A stretch of 64,000 bases of DNA, from contig JBCKKZ010000003.1 of the NCBI GenBank assembly GCA_038904015.1, positions 2,068 through 66,067 of the forward strand, read 5' to 3'. The DNA comes from Burkholderiales bacterium. Lineage in GTDB: Bacteria > Pseudomonadota > Gammaproteobacteria > Burkholderiales > SG8-39. Position 1 is the first letter of the stretch, and each line of letters opens with the position of its first letter. Made by a program: the position numbers and the translations under genes. This document shows positions 26,630 through 36,257 of this stretch, one piece after another. The notes under the pieces are model-generated. The model was given only the letters and a program-made list of their open reading frames with translations, did no database searches and was not told the origin of the DNA.

Positions 26630-26848
26630 TCATGCAAGCCAATCTGTGACTAACTGAGTTTGTCGGGTATCAGGCCGAATGTAATGGCCCGCCATCAACA
26701 TCAGGAACAGGAACAACGGAAGACCCACGCGTACGGCCAGGGCGTTGACCGTGCGCTTCGATTTACCCTGGTCATGCACCAGAAAAAACAACGCCGAAGC
26801 CAGGCTACCGGCAATAGCCAGAAGAAGCACCACGACCAGAATTTTCAT
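26630..26848 (-). CDS. small twin-TM protein (DUF2909/HIG1-like) of oxidase clusters
   Basis: MKILVVVLLLAIAGSLASALFFLV...RTVNALAVRVGLPLFLFLMLMAGHY. Confidence 0.5.
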   Translation of the reverse strand: MKILVVVLLLAIAGSLASALFFLVHDQGKSKRTVNALAVRVGLPLFLFLMLMAGHYIRPDTRQTQLVTDWLA

Positions 26849-26980
26849 CGATCTGAATGCGGCAGGAACTTCAATCGAGTGCAGCACGCGGGAATTCCAA
26901 TCGTGCAGGCGAGCCGTGCCGCGTGATAAACTGCGAGCCCTTTGCGCCGCATTTCCCGCATTTCCGGTACTTTAAATCCG

Positions 26981-27874
26981 ATGCAACTTACTCTCAACTC
27001 GACCACGCATTTGCTGCGTCAGTTTTATGAACTGACCAAGCCGCGCGTCGTCTCGCTGATTGTGTTCTGCGCGGTCATCGGCATGTTTCTGGCGGGACCG
27101 CCTGACGGCCTGCCGCCGTTGCCCATCGTCGCGGTGGCGGCGCTGGGAATTTTTCTCGTCGCCGGCTCGGCCGCCGCGGTGAACTGCCTGATCGAACAGA
27201 GAATCGATGCCATGATGGCGCGCACGCGCGCGCGCCCGCTGCCGCGCGGTCAACTCACCGATGTTCAGACTGTGGTGTTCGCCGGCGCGATAGGCAGCGC
27301 CGGCCTGTGGCTGCTCTACCGTTTCGTCAATCCGCTCACCATGTGGCTGACCCTTGCCACTTTCGTCGGCTATGCCGTCATTTACACCGTGCTGCTCAAG
27401 CCGGCGACGCCGCAGAATATCGTGATCGGCGGGGCATCGGGCGCGATGCCACCGGTGTTGGGCTGGGCCGCCGTGACCGGCGACGTTTCGGCGCACGCCC
27501 TGCTTCTTTTCCTGATCATTTTCGCGTGGACCCCGCCGCACTTCTGGGCGCTCGCCCTCTACCGCACCGACGAATATGCCAAAGCGGGATTGCCGATGCT
27601 GCCGGTCACGCATGGCGCGAAGTTCACCCGCCTGCATGTGCTGCTGTATACGATCATTCTGTTCGCCTGCACGCTGCTGCCGTTCGCTGCCGGCATGAGT
27701 GGAATTGTCTACCTCGTCGCGGCGCTTGCGCTCGGCATCCGGTTTCTCTATTACGCGATCAGGATCTACATCGATTACAGCGATCCGCTTGCGCAGAAAA
27801 CGTTTCGCTTTTCGATCGCCTATCTCGCGCTGCTGTTCGCGGCGATGCTCGTTGACCACTATCTGCCGCTCTAG
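26981..27874 (+). CDS. cyoE: protoheme IX farnesyltransferase (heme O synthase)
   Basis: [23 protein letters not shown]...[17 protein letters not shown]...[10 protein letters not shown]. Confidence 0.9.
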   Translation: MQLTLNSTTHLLRQFYELTKPRVVSLIVFCAVIGMFLAGPPDGLPPLPIVAVAALGIFLVAGSAAAVNCLIEQRIDAMMARTRARPLPRGQLTDVQTVVFAGAIGSAGLWLLYRFVNPLTMWLTLATFVGYAVIYTVLLKPATPQNIVIGGASGAMPPVLGWAAVTGDVSAHALLLFLIIFAWTPPHFWALALYRTDEYAKAGLPMLPVTHGAKFTRLHVLLYTIILFACTLLPFAAGMSGIVYLVAALALGIRFLYYAIRIYIDYSDPLAQKTFRFSIAYLALLFAAMLVDHYLPL

Positions 27875-28460
27875 GCTGATCCTTGTCGCGGCGACCGCGG
27901 TATTTGCGGTACTTACCGCCGCCTGCAGCCCGGCAGCACCCAAGTTCCGCAGCACCGACATCAGCGGCGCGGATTTCGGCCGCGAGCTCGCGCTTACCGA
28001 CCACACGGGCAAGCCGCGCACGCTCGCCGATTTTCGCGGCAAGGCCGTGGTGCTGTTCTTCGGCTTCACTCACTGCCCCGATATCTGCCCGACGACCCTG
28101 GCTGACGCGGCGGGGGTGATGAAGTCACTCGGCAAGGACGCAGAGCGCGTGCAGGTGCTGATGGTCACGGTGGATCCGGAGCGCGACACGCCCGAAGTGC
28201 TCTCGAAATACGTTCCCGCCTTCGACCCGCGCTTCCTTGGCCTGTACGGCGATGCCGCCGCGACGCAGCGCGCGGCGAAGGAGTTCAAGATCTTCTACGG
28301 GAAGCGCGCCGGCTCGACGCCGTCCTCGTACAGCGTGGACCACAGCGGCCAGAGCTACGTCATCGACCCGCAGGGGCGGCTGCGGCTTTTCGTGCGCCAT
28401 GACCGCATCGCGCAGGACCTTGTGGAGGATCTGCGCGCGCTGTTAGCGGAGAAACGCTAA
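27852..28460 (+). CDS. SCO1/SenC copper chaperone
   Basis: TTG start overlapping the cyoE end. Signal/anchor [18 protein letters not shown]. ...[20 protein letters not shown] (CxxxC)...[19 protein letters not shown]. Confidence 0.8.
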   Translation: MTTICRSRLILVAATAVFAVLTAACSPAAPKFRSTDISGADFGRELALTDHTGKPRTLADFRGKAVVLFFGFTHCPDICPTTLADAAGVMKSLGKDAERVQVLMVTVDPERDTPEVLSKYVPAFDPRFLGLYGDAAATQRAAKEFKIFYGKRAGSTPSSYSVDHSGQSYVIDPQGRLRLFVRHDRIAQDLVEDLRALLAEKR

Positions 28461-29368
28461 GCCGCAACCGGCGCTGGCAGCGCGCGCGGCGAACTGCGCG
28501 CCGCGCCTTGCGCCATCATGGCCTGCTTCATCTTTTCCAGCGCCTTGGCCTCGAGCTGGCGAATGCGTTCCGCCGAGACCTTGAACTCGGCGGCGAGATC
28601 GTGCAGCGTGGCGCCGTCTTTTTCCTTCAGCCAGCGTGCCTCGACGATGCGCCGGCTGCGGGGATCGAGCGCGGCAAGCGCACTCTGCAGGCCCGCCGAA
28701 GCGACTCTCTCGTCCTGCGCGTCTTGCAACACGCGCGACGGTTCGGCGCCGGGGTCGGTGGCGAGGTAGTGCACCGGGGCGTAGGTCGCGTTGTCGTCGT
28801 CGTCAGCTTCGAAGGCGACGTCGCGCCCGGCGAGACGGGTCTCCATCTCGGTGACTTCCCCGGGCTTGACCTTCAGCGTCGCGGCAACGTGCCGGATTTC
28901 CTCGGCCGTGAGCGGGGCGGGGCCCTGCTTCATCGAACGCAGGTTGAAAAAGAGCTTGCGCTGCGCCTTGGTAGTAGCCACTTTGACCAGCCGCCAGTTG
29001 CGCAGGATGTACTCGTGAATCTCGGCCTTGATCCAGTGGATCGCGAACGACACCAGGCGCACGTTGCGCGCCGGATCGAAGCGTTTCACCGCCTTCATCA
29101 AGCCGATGTTGCCTTCCTGGATGAGATCGGCGTGCGGCAGGCCGTAGCCGAGGTAGCCGCGCGCGACCGACACCACGAGGCGCAGGTGCGACAGCACCAG
29201 CTGGCCCGCCGCCTCGAGGTCATTGCTTTCGCGCAGCCGGGCCGCGAGCGCTCGCTCGTCTGCCGCGCTCAGCATCGGTATCCGGTTGACCGCCTGAATG
29301 TAGGCATCGATGCTGCCGGCCGATACCGGGGCCGGGCGCATCATCGGCAAAGACATTGCGGATTGCAC
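28457..29368 (-). CDS. rpoH: RNA polymerase sigma-32 (heat-shock sigma factor)
   Basis: RpoB-like region 2 IQEGNIGLMKAVKRFDP and the RpoH box TKAQRKLFFNLRSMK. Located next to ftsYEX, as in many proteobacteria. Confidence 0.9.
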   Translation of the reverse strand: MQSAMSLPMMRPAPVSAGSIDAYIQAVNRIPMLSAADERALAARLRESNDLEAAGQLVLSHLRLVVSVARGYLGYGLPHADLIQEGNIGLMKAVKRFDPARNVRLVSFAIHWIKAEIHEYILRNWRLVKVATTKAQRKLFFNLRSMKQGPAPLTAEEIRHVAATLKVKPGEVTEMETRLAGRDVAFEADDDDNATYAPVHYLATDPGAEPSRVLQDAQDERVASAGLQSALAALDPRSRRIVEARWLKEKDGATLHDLAAEFKVSAERIRQLEAKALEKMKQAMMAQGAARSSPRALPAPVAA

Positions 29369-29461
29369 GGCTTGCCTCCTTGGTTAGGTAGATCTTAGCA
29401 CTCCAAGCCTTGGAGTGCCAATCGATCCCAAGGTTCACGTGGAAGTCTTCCTTTAGACGTT

Positions 29462-30397
29462 CTATTTTGGCTCTATTTCAAGTAAGTATTTGCTCACTGA
29501 TATATATGCGCCAAACCACCCCAGGAGGGCGGAAAACAGCACCACGGCAAGGGCATCGCCGGGGGCCAGGAACGCTAGCCGGAAGGACGAGCCGTAGCTC
29601 GAAGCAAGCTCCGAAACGCCGACATTCAACGCGGCGAGGCTCGCCTGGAGGATCGCAAGCGCGACCAGCGCTCCGGCCAGGCCCTGCAGGGCCCCCAGGT
29701 AGAAGAAGGGGCGGTGAATGAACGCATCCGTGGCGCCGATCAGCTTGGAGATCTCGATCTCGGCCCGCTGGGTGAGGATCTGCAGCCGGATCGTATTGAA
29801 GGTGATGGCCACGAGGCCAAAGGCGAGCAGCGCGGCGAGCAAGGCGATCGCGAGCCGCGCGGTGCCCGCGAGCGCGCCCAGGCGCCGCGCCCAGGCGGAA
29901 TCCACCTGCACATGCGCCACCCCCGGCATCGCGCGCAGTTCCGTCGCCAGCGCATCCAGGACTGCGGCGTCGGCGTTGCCCGTACCGCCCGTACTGTCCG
30001 TACGTTTCGGCCGCACCACAAACGCATCGGGCAGCGGATTGCGGCTGAGCGCGGCCACCACCTCGGCGAGGCCCTCGGTCGCCTGCAGTTCCTTCAGTGC
30101 CTGTTCGCGCGGCACGAATCGCACACCGTTCACGCGTGCGTCGCCTTTCAGTTTCAAGCCCAGGGCGTCGGCCTCCGGTCGCTTGGTATGGTGGTGCAGG
30201 AACACCGAGAGTTGCGGCTCGAGGGCCGCGCCCAGGGTGACGTTGCGCAGGCTGGCGAGCAGCGCGTAGCCGCCCGCAGGCAGCGAGAGCGCGATGCCGA
30301 TCACCAGCGCGTTCAGGATCGCGGCCGATTTGTGCGCGGCCAGCTTGCCGACTGCGGCCGCGAGCGCCTGGCGGTGCTGCCGCAGCCAGGTTTTCAC
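29462..30397 (-). CDS. ftsX: cell-division ABC transporter permease FtsX
   Basis: ...ITFNTIRLQILTQRAEIEISKLIGATDAFIHRPFFYLGALQG... immediately downstream of ftsE (4-nt overlap). Confidence 0.9.
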   Translation of the reverse strand: MKTWLRQHRQALAAAVGKLAAHKSAAILNALVIGIALSLPAGGYALLASLRNVTLGAALEPQLSVFLHHHTKRPEADALGLKLKGDARVNGVRFVPREQALKELQATEGLAEVVAALSRNPLPDAFVVRPKRTDSTGGTGNADAAVLDALATELRAMPGVAHVQVDSAWARRLGALAGTARLAIALLAALLAFGLVAITFNTIRLQILTQRAEIEISKLIGATDAFIHRPFFYLGALQGLAGALVALAILQASLAALNVGVSELASSYGSSFRLAFLAPGDALAVVLFSALLGWFGAYISVSKYLLEIEPK

Positions 30398-31047
30398 TGG
30401 ACCAGGCTGCCCTTGGCCAGCCGCAGCACGCGCCTGGCAAAGCGCCCGATGAGCGCTTCGTCGTGCGTGGCGACCAGCACCGTGACGCCGACCTGGTTGA
30501 AGGCGGCGAAGATTTCGAGGATTGCCGCGGCCGACTCCGCGTCCAGGTTGGCCGTGGGCTCATCCGCAATCAGCACCGAGGGCCGGTTCACGACGGCGCG
30601 GGCGATGGCCAGGCGCTGCTGCTCGCCGCCCGAGAGCTGGACCGGGTTGGCCTTCTCGCGCGCGAGCAAGCCCACCTTCTCGAGCGCCGCGCGCGCGCGG
30701 CGCGCCGCCTCGCGTGCGCCCAGTTCGCCGAAAGCGAGCGGCAGCATCACATTGTCGTAGACGCTGCGGTCGTAGAGCAGCTTCTGGTCCTGGAACACCA
30801 GGCCGAGGTTGCGCCGCAGGTAGGGCAGGGCGGCGCGCTTGAGTGCGCCGACATTCTGGCCGTTGACCAGGATCGCCCCGCTGCTCGGGCGCTCGATCGC
30901 GGGAATCAGCTTGAGCAGCGTGGATTTGCCGGCGCCGGAATGTCCGGCGACGAACGCGAATTCGCCCGCTGCGATGGTGAAGGAAACGCCTTTCAGCCCC
31001 TCCTGGCCGCCGGGATAGCGCTTGACCACGCCCGAGAAGCTAATCAA
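30394..31047 (-). CDS. ftsE: cell-division ATP-binding protein FtsE
   Basis: Walker A GHSGAGKST, signature LSGGEQQR, Walker B VLIADEP. TTG start overlaps the ftsY stop. Confidence 0.9.
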   Translation of the reverse strand: MISFSGVVKRYPGGQEGLKGVSFTIAAGEFAFVAGHSGAGKSTLLKLIPAIERPSSGAILVNGQNVGALKRAALPYLRRNLGLVFQDQKLLYDRSVYDNVMLPLAFGELGAREAARRARAALEKVGLLAREKANPVQLSGGEQQRLAIARAVVNRPSVLIADEPTANLDAESAAAILEIFAAFNQVGVTVLVATHDEALIGRFARRVLRLAKGSLVQ

Positions 31048-31957
31048 CCAGCGCCTCCACGAAGTCGCTCGCAACGAACGGCCGCAGGTCATCGATTTGT
31101 TCGCCCACGCCGATGAAAAGCAAAGGGACGGGCTTCACTCTTGCGATTGCCAGAATTACGCCGCCCTTCGCGCTGCCGTCCAGCTTCGTGAGAATCAGCC
31201 CGGTGAGGCCGAGCGCGTCGTCGAAAGCCTTTACCTGCGCTATTGCGTTCTGCCCGGTGCCCCCGTCCAGTACCAGCAGCGTCTCATGCGGTGCGCCGGG
31301 CATCGCCTTCGCGATCACGCGCTTTACCTTTTTGATCTCCTCCATCAGGTGCAACTGCGTCGGCAGCCGGCCGGCCGTATCGGCGATCAGCACATCCGCG
31401 CCGCGCGCCGTTGCCGCGCCGATGGCATCGAACACCACCGCGCCCGGATCGCCGCCCTGCTGTCCGATCACTGTTACGCCGTTGCGCTCGCCCCAGGCCG
31501 CAAGTTGCTCCCGCGCCGCGGCGCGATACGTATCCCCGGCCGCGAGCATCACATTCAGGCCGCGGCCCTGCAGCCATTTCGCGAGCTTGCCGATCGAGGT
31601 GGTCTTGCCCGAGCCGTTGACGCCGGCGACCACGATGACGCAGGGCTTGCGTCCGCCGGGTTCCAGCTTGCGCTCGAGCGGCACGAGGCGCTCGATCAGC
31701 GCGGCCTTGAGCGCCTGCTTGAGCGCGACGCCGTCCTCGATGCGCTGCTTTTTCACTCTGTCGCGCAAATCGTCCAGCAATCCGCGGGTTGCCTCGACGC
31801 CGCAGTCGGCCGATAACAGCGCGGTCTCGAGTTCTTCGAACAGCACCTCGTCGATCTTGCGCCGGCCGAACAGCGTACCTACATCGCTGCCAAGGACTTC
31901 GCGCGTGCGCGCCAGTCCCGCCTTGAGGCGCGCCGCCCAGGAAGTCGCTGCTAACAT
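31040..31957 (-). CDS. ftsY: signal-recognition-particle receptor FtsY (short form, NG domain)
   Basis: MLAATSWAARLKAGLARTRE...VIVVAGVNGSGKTTSIGKLA...DTAGRL...TKLDGSAKGG. ORF-track 500-aa extension rejected. Confidence 0.9.
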   Translation of the reverse strand: MLAATSWAARLKAGLARTREVLGSDVGTLFGRRKIDEVLFEELETALLSADCGVEATRGLLDDLRDRVKKQRIEDGVALKQALKAALIERLVPLERKLEPGGRKPCVIVVAGVNGSGKTTSIGKLAKWLQGRGLNVMLAAGDTYRAAAREQLAAWGERNGVTVIGQQGGDPGAVVFDAIGAATARGADVLIADTAGRLPTQLHLMEEIKKVKRVIAKAMPGAPHETLLVLDGGTGQNAIAQVKAFDDALGLTGLILTKLDGSAKGGVILAIARVKPVPLLFIGVGEQIDDLRPFVASDFVEALVD

Positions 31958-31963
31958 GGATGC

Positions 31964-32593
31964 GTGAATTCTAGCAAAGGCACTCGCGGTACTCGCGGTA
32001 CGTCCGGCACCTTGCGCGTGATCGGCGGCAAGTATCGCCGCCGCCTGCTGCGCGTGCCGCAGCGGCCCGGCCTGCGTCCGACGCCGGACCGGGTGCGGGA
32101 AACACTCTTCAACTGGCTTGGACAGGACCTGAGCGGGCTCGCATGCCTGGATCTTTTCGCCGGCAGCGGGGCGCTGGGCTTCGAAGCCGCCTCCCGCGGC
32201 GCGGCGCGCGTCGTGCTGGTGGAGAAGGACCGCGCCATCGTGGCCGAACTGGAACGCAGCCGTGCCGCGCTCGGTGCGACCCAGGTCGAGATCGTAGGCG
32301 GCGACGCCGCGGCATATCTCGCGCGCGACCACGAGCGCCCCGGCGCTCGTCCTTCGAGGCGTTTCGACGTGGTTTTCCTCGATCCGCCGTTCAGGCAGAA
32401 TGCCGTGCCGGCGATACTTGGAAGTCTTGCGCCGCGGCTGGTAGAGGGGGCGCGCGTCTATGTCGAATCGGAGGCGCCGGTCGAGGCGGCTGCGCCGTGG
32501 ACGGAACTCAAGCGCGCCAAGGCAGGGCAGGTGAGCTATCAACTACTGCGATGGGACGGACATGATCAAAGCGGTATATCCGGGAACGTTTGA
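31964..32593 (+). CDS. rsmD: 16S rRNA (guanine966-N2)-methyltransferase RsmD
   Basis: [36 protein letters not shown]...[19 protein letters not shown]...VFLDPPF. Confidence 0.85.
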   Translation: MNSSKGTRGTRGTSGTLRVIGGKYRRRLLRVPQRPGLRPTPDRVRETLFNWLGQDLSGLACLDLFAGSGALGFEAASRGAARVVLVEKDRAIVAELERSRAALGATQVEIVGGDAAAYLARDHERPGARPSRRFDVVFLDPPFRQNAVPAILGSLAPRLVEGARVYVESEAPVEAAAPWTELKRAKAGQVSYQLLRWDGHDQSGISGNV

Positions 32594-33050
32594 CCCGCTC
32601 ACGCGCGGCCACGAAGACCTGGTGCGGCGCGCCAGCCGCCTGTTCGACAGCCTGGTCCTCGGCATCGCCGACAGCCGCGCCAAGCGCACCTTTTTCACGC
32701 TGCAGGAGCGCATCGAGATGGCCAAAGAGGTGCTCGCGGACGTGAAGAATCTTTCCATCGTCGGATTCTCCGGCCTGTTGACCGATTTTGTCCGCCAGCA
32801 GAACTCCCGCGTGGTGCTGCGCGGCCTGCGCGCGGTGTCGGATTTCGAGTACGAGTTCCAGCTCGCGGGCATGAATCGAGACCTCAATCCGGAAATGGAA
32901 ACCGTCTTTCTCACCCCAGGCGAGCAGCACATGTTCATCTCGGCGACGCTGGTGCGCGAGATCGCAACCCTGGGCGGCGATGTGTCGAAATTCGTCGATC
33001 CGGTGGTGCGTGCGAAGCTCGCCGCAAAAGTAAAATCTCTCGGCGGGTAG
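32562..33050 (+). CDS. coaD: phosphopantetheine adenylyltransferase
   Basis: [24 protein letters not shown]...[23 protein letters not shown]...ISATLVREI. Confidence 0.95.
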   Translation: MIKAVYPGTFDPLTRGHEDLVRRASRLFDSLVLGIADSRAKRTFFTLQERIEMAKEVLADVKNLSIVGFSGLLTDFVRQQNSRVVLRGLRAVSDFEYEFQLAGMNRDLNPEMETVFLTPGEQHMFISATLVREIATLGGDVSKFVDPVVRAKLAAKVKSLGG

Positions 33051-33059
33051 GGGGTTCTG

Positions 33060-33869
33060 CTATCGCTGGCAGCCTGGGCAGTAGTAGGTCGCCCGCTGAC
33101 CCTGCACCATGCGGCGGATCCGCGTGCCGCAACGCTTGCATTTCTCGCCTTCCCGGCCGTAGACCCAGGCGCGCCGCTGGAAGTGGCCCGGCGCGCCGTC
33201 GCTGCCGACGAAGTCTCGCAGGGACGAGCCGCCCGCCCGGATCGCGGCGCGCAGCGTCGCCTTGACCGCGCTTGCGAGGCGCGCGCTCCTCTGCGCCGAC
33301 AGGCGGCTGGTGCGCGTGCGCGGATGGATCGCGGCAAGGAACAGGCTCTCGGAGGCGTAGATGTTGCCGACGCCGACGATGTGCCGCGCGTCCATCAGGA
33401 ATTGCTTGATCGCGGTCCGGCGCCCGCGTGTGAGCGCGTGCAGGCGCCGCCCGTCGAGGGCGCGCGAGAGCGGTTCGATGCCCAGATGGCGGATCAGCGG
33501 ATGCGCCTCGGGCGGCTGCGCCGTCCAGAGCACCGCGCCGAAGCGCCGCGGGTCGCGCAGGCGCAGCAGCTGGTTGCCGATTCCCAGGTCGAAATGGTCG
33601 TGCTTGCCGGGGGGCGTCCCGGCGGCAACCAGGCGCAGGCTGCCCGACATGCCCAGGTGCACGATGAGGTGGCCGTCGCCGCAATCGAGCAGCAGGTATT
33701 TGCCGCGCCGCCTGACTGCAAGCACTACGCGCCCTGCAAGCGAGCGCACCGCATCGGGAATCGGCCAGCGCAGGCGGGATTCGCGTACCGTGACCACGGT
33801 GATCGTAGCGCCAACGAGGTGGGGAGCGATGCCCCGGCGTGTGACTTCGACTTCGGGGAGTTCCGGCAT
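33060..33869 (-). CDS. mutM: formamidopyrimidine-DNA glycosylase
   Basis: MPELPEVEVTRRGI... with C-terminal zinc finger CKRCGTRIRRMVQGQRATYYCPGCQ. Confidence 0.95.
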   Translation of the reverse strand: MPELPEVEVTRRGIAPHLVGATITVVTVRESRLRWPIPDAVRSLAGRVVLAVRRRGKYLLLDCGDGHLIVHLGMSGSLRLVAAGTPPGKHDHFDLGIGNQLLRLRDPRRFGAVLWTAQPPEAHPLIRHLGIEPLSRALDGRRLHALTRGRRTAIKQFLMDARHIVGVGNIYASESLFLAAIHPRTRTSRLSAQRSARLASAVKATLRAAIRAGGSSLRDFVGSDGAPGHFQRRAWVYGREGEKCKRCGTRIRRMVQGQRATYYCPGCQR

Positions 33870-33931
33870 CGCGCAGCTTACCCGCAGGTTATCTTGTGCG
33901 AGGCACCGAATATACCTACACTGACCGGATC

Positions 33932-35689
33932 ATGTTCGTGCTCCCACGCCGGCTTGCTGCGTTTGCCGCGGCGCTCCTGGCCGCAGTTTTCCTGCTGAGC
34001 GGCGTTCAGGCCCAGCAGCCGTCCGACGAAGCCGACGACGACGACGCGCTGCCTGCGGCGCTGCAGGCGAGCGCGCCTGCAGCGCCGCTGAACCTGCCGC
34101 TGCAGGATCTTACAGGGCAGACGCTTTACGATTTCCTGCTGGGCGAAATCGCCGCGCAGCGCGGCAATCCCGGAATGGCGGCGCAGACTTTCCTCGAGTT
34201 GGCCAAGCGCACCCGGGACCCGCGCATCGCGCGGCGCGCCGTCGAGGTCGCGAATATCGCGCGCATGCCCGATCTTGCGCTCGCGTCGGCGCGCATCTGG
34301 CACGAAACCGACCCCGCGTCCGCCCAGGCGCTGCAGACCGTCACCCTCCTGCTGGTCGGCGCCAAGCGCGTGGACGAGGCCGAGCCCTACCTCGCCAAGC
34401 TGCTCGCGGCCGACGCCAACGCGGCGGCAAACGGTTTCATGCAGCTCGGGCGGCTGCTCGCGGGCAATCCTGATCCGGCGGCGAATCTGCGCGTGGTGCG
34501 CAGGCTCGTGGAACGTTATCCAAATCTGGCGCAGGCGCATCTGGCCCTGTCGCAGGCCGCGGCCGCCGCGAACGACGAGGCGCTCGCGCTCGCCGAAGTG
34601 CGCGGCGCGATGGCGCTGCGTCCGGACTGGGAGATAGCCGCGATGTACGAGGCGCAACTGCTGCAGCGGCGCTCGCCCGCCGAGGCTGCCAGGCATCTGG
34701 CCGCGTTCCTCGAGAAATATCCGGATTCGCGCGACGTGCGGCTCGGCCACGCGCGCATGCTGGTTCTCGACAAGCGCTATCCGGAAGCGCGCGCGGAGTT
34801 CGAGTCGATCATCAAGCGGTTTCCGAAAGACTTCGACGCGATTTACGCGGTCGGCCTGCTCGCTTTCCAGGTCAAGGAGTACGCGGTCGCCGAAGCCAAC
34901 CTGAAGCGGCTGCTCGAGCTTGGCTACCGGGATGTGAATTCGATTCACTACACGCTCGGCCAGATCGCCGAGGAGCGAAAGGACTGGCCGGGCGCGATCG
35001 AGTGGTACCGGCAAATCCAGCGCGGCGAACAGGCGCTGCCGGCGCGCATGCGCACCGCCAACGCGATCGCCAAGCAGGGCAAGCTGGAAGAGGCGCGCGC
35101 TTACCTGCGCGGCGTAAGCGTGCAGGCCGAAGCGCAGCGCGTGCAGCTGCTGGTGGCTGAATCGCAACTGCTGCGCGACGCCAACTTGAACCGCGAGGCC
35201 TTCGATCTGCTTGGCCAGGCGCTCGCCAAGACCCCCGACCAGCCGGACCTGCTGTACGACCATGCGCTTACGGCGGAGAAGCTCGAGCGCTTCGATGTGC
35301 TTGAGTCCAGCCTGAAGCGGCTGATCCAGTTGAAGCCGGACCATGCGCATGCCTACAACGCGCTCGGCTATTCGTTCGCGGATCGCAACCTGCGCCTGCC
35401 GGAGGCGAAACAACTGATCGAAAAGGCGCTCGAGTTCGCGCCCACGGATTTTTTCATCATCGACTCGCTGGGCTGGGTGTTGTACCGCATGGGCGACCTG
35501 AAGGGCGCTGCGCGCGAGCTGCGGCGTGCCTGGGAAGGCCGTCCCGACGGCGAGATCGGGGCGCACCTGGGCGAAGTGCTGTGGATGCTCGGCGAACGCG
35601 GTGAAGCGCAGCGCATCTGGCAGGAATCGCTCAAGGCGAGCCCCGAGAACGACACGCTGCAAAAGACCTTGAAGCGCTTTGTTCCTTAG
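33932..35689 (+). CDS. exported tetratricopeptide-repeat protein
   Basis: Signal peptide MFVLPRRLAAFAAALLAAVFLLSGVQA. Many TPR-like A/L/Y-rich 34-residue units. Conserved mutM-TPR-lolB-ispE position. Confidence 0.75.
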   Translation: MFVLPRRLAAFAAALLAAVFLLSGVQAQQPSDEADDDDALPAALQASAPAAPLNLPLQDLTGQTLYDFLLGEIAAQRGNPGMAAQTFLELAKRTRDPRIARRAVEVANIARMPDLALASARIWHETDPASAQALQTVTLLLVGAKRVDEAEPYLAKLLAADANAAANGFMQLGRLLAGNPDPAANLRVVRRLVERYPNLAQAHLALSQAAAAANDEALALAEVRGAMALRPDWEIAAMYEAQLLQRRSPAEAARHLAAFLEKYPDSRDVRLGHARMLVLDKRYPEARAEFESIIKRFPKDFDAIYAVGLLAFQVKEYAVAEANLKRLLELGYRDVNSIHYTLGQIAEERKDWPGAIEWYRQIQRGEQALPARMRTANAIAKQGKLEEARAYLRGVSVQAEAQRVQLLVAESQLLRDANLNREAFDLLGQALAKTPDQPDLLYDHALTAEKLERFDVLESSLKRLIQLKPDHAHAYNALGYSFADRNLRLPEAKQLIEKALEFAPTDFFIIDSLGWVLYRMGDLKGAARELRRAWEGRPDGEIGAHLGEVLWMLGERGEAQRIWQESLKASPENDTLQKTLKRFVP

Positions 35690-35717
35690 GGATTCTGGCG
35701 CGGGGATCCGCAAGACC

Positions 35718-36257
35718 GTGCGTAGCCTTTGCGTCGCTGTACTCGCGCTTCTGCTGGCGGCTTGCGCCATGCCCCGCTTTACCCTGCCGGAGCAGGGCGC
35801 CGAATTCGAAATCGCCGGCCGCATCGCGGTGACGTACCGCGACGACGCGGGCAGCGGCAACATTGCCTGGCGCCACGGGGCACTCGTCGACGAAATGCTT
35901 CTGACCACGCCCTTCGGCCAGGGGATCGCGCGCCTCGCGCGCGCGGGCAACGAAATCACGCTGACGACGCAGGACGGGCGCGAGTTCCGTGCGGCGGATG
36001 CCGAAGCGCTGACCGAGCAGGTGCTGGGGTTTCGCGTGCCACTGGTGGGCCTCGCCGACTGGGTGCGCGGCCGTCCGGCCGCCAAGCCGGCGCCCGAGCC
36101 GACGCGGGAGCGCAGGGATGCGCTCGGACGGCTCGACGAACTCGAGCAGTCCGGCTGGAGGATCCGCTACCTCGAATACGCCGATGCGCGGCCTTCGCGC
36201 CTTACGCTCACATTCCCGGGCCTTGAGCTGAGGCTCGCGATTTCAGAGTGGAAATGA
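35718..36257 (+). CDS. lolB: outer-membrane lipoprotein LolB
   Basis: Lipobox VAVLALLLAAC, then ...FEIAGRIAVTYRDDAGSGNIAWRH...GWRIRYLEY. Directly upstream of ispE. Confidence 0.75.
   Translation: MRSLCVAVLALLLAACAMPRFTLPEQGAEFEIAGRIAVTYRDDAGSGNIAWRHGALVDEMLLTTPFGQGIARLARAGNEITLTTQDGREFRAADAEALTEQVLGFRVPLVGLADWVRGRPAAKPAPEPTRERRDALGRLDELEQSGWRIRYLEYADARPSRLTLTFPGLELRLAISEWK

Noticed and set aside
29398-29418. Perfect 9-bp hairpin (gcactccaa-gcc-ttggagtgc) between ftsX and rpoH
   Set aside because: No U-tract, and I cannot decide between an ftsX terminator and an rpoH promoter or leader element. Noted but not called.
33878-36085. 735-aa ORF on the minus strand
   Set aside because: Antisense to the TPR protein and lolB, which carry clear signal peptides and family motifs. 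The product is Arg/Ala/Gly/Leu-rich with no recognisable domain, a typical high-G+C shadow ORF.
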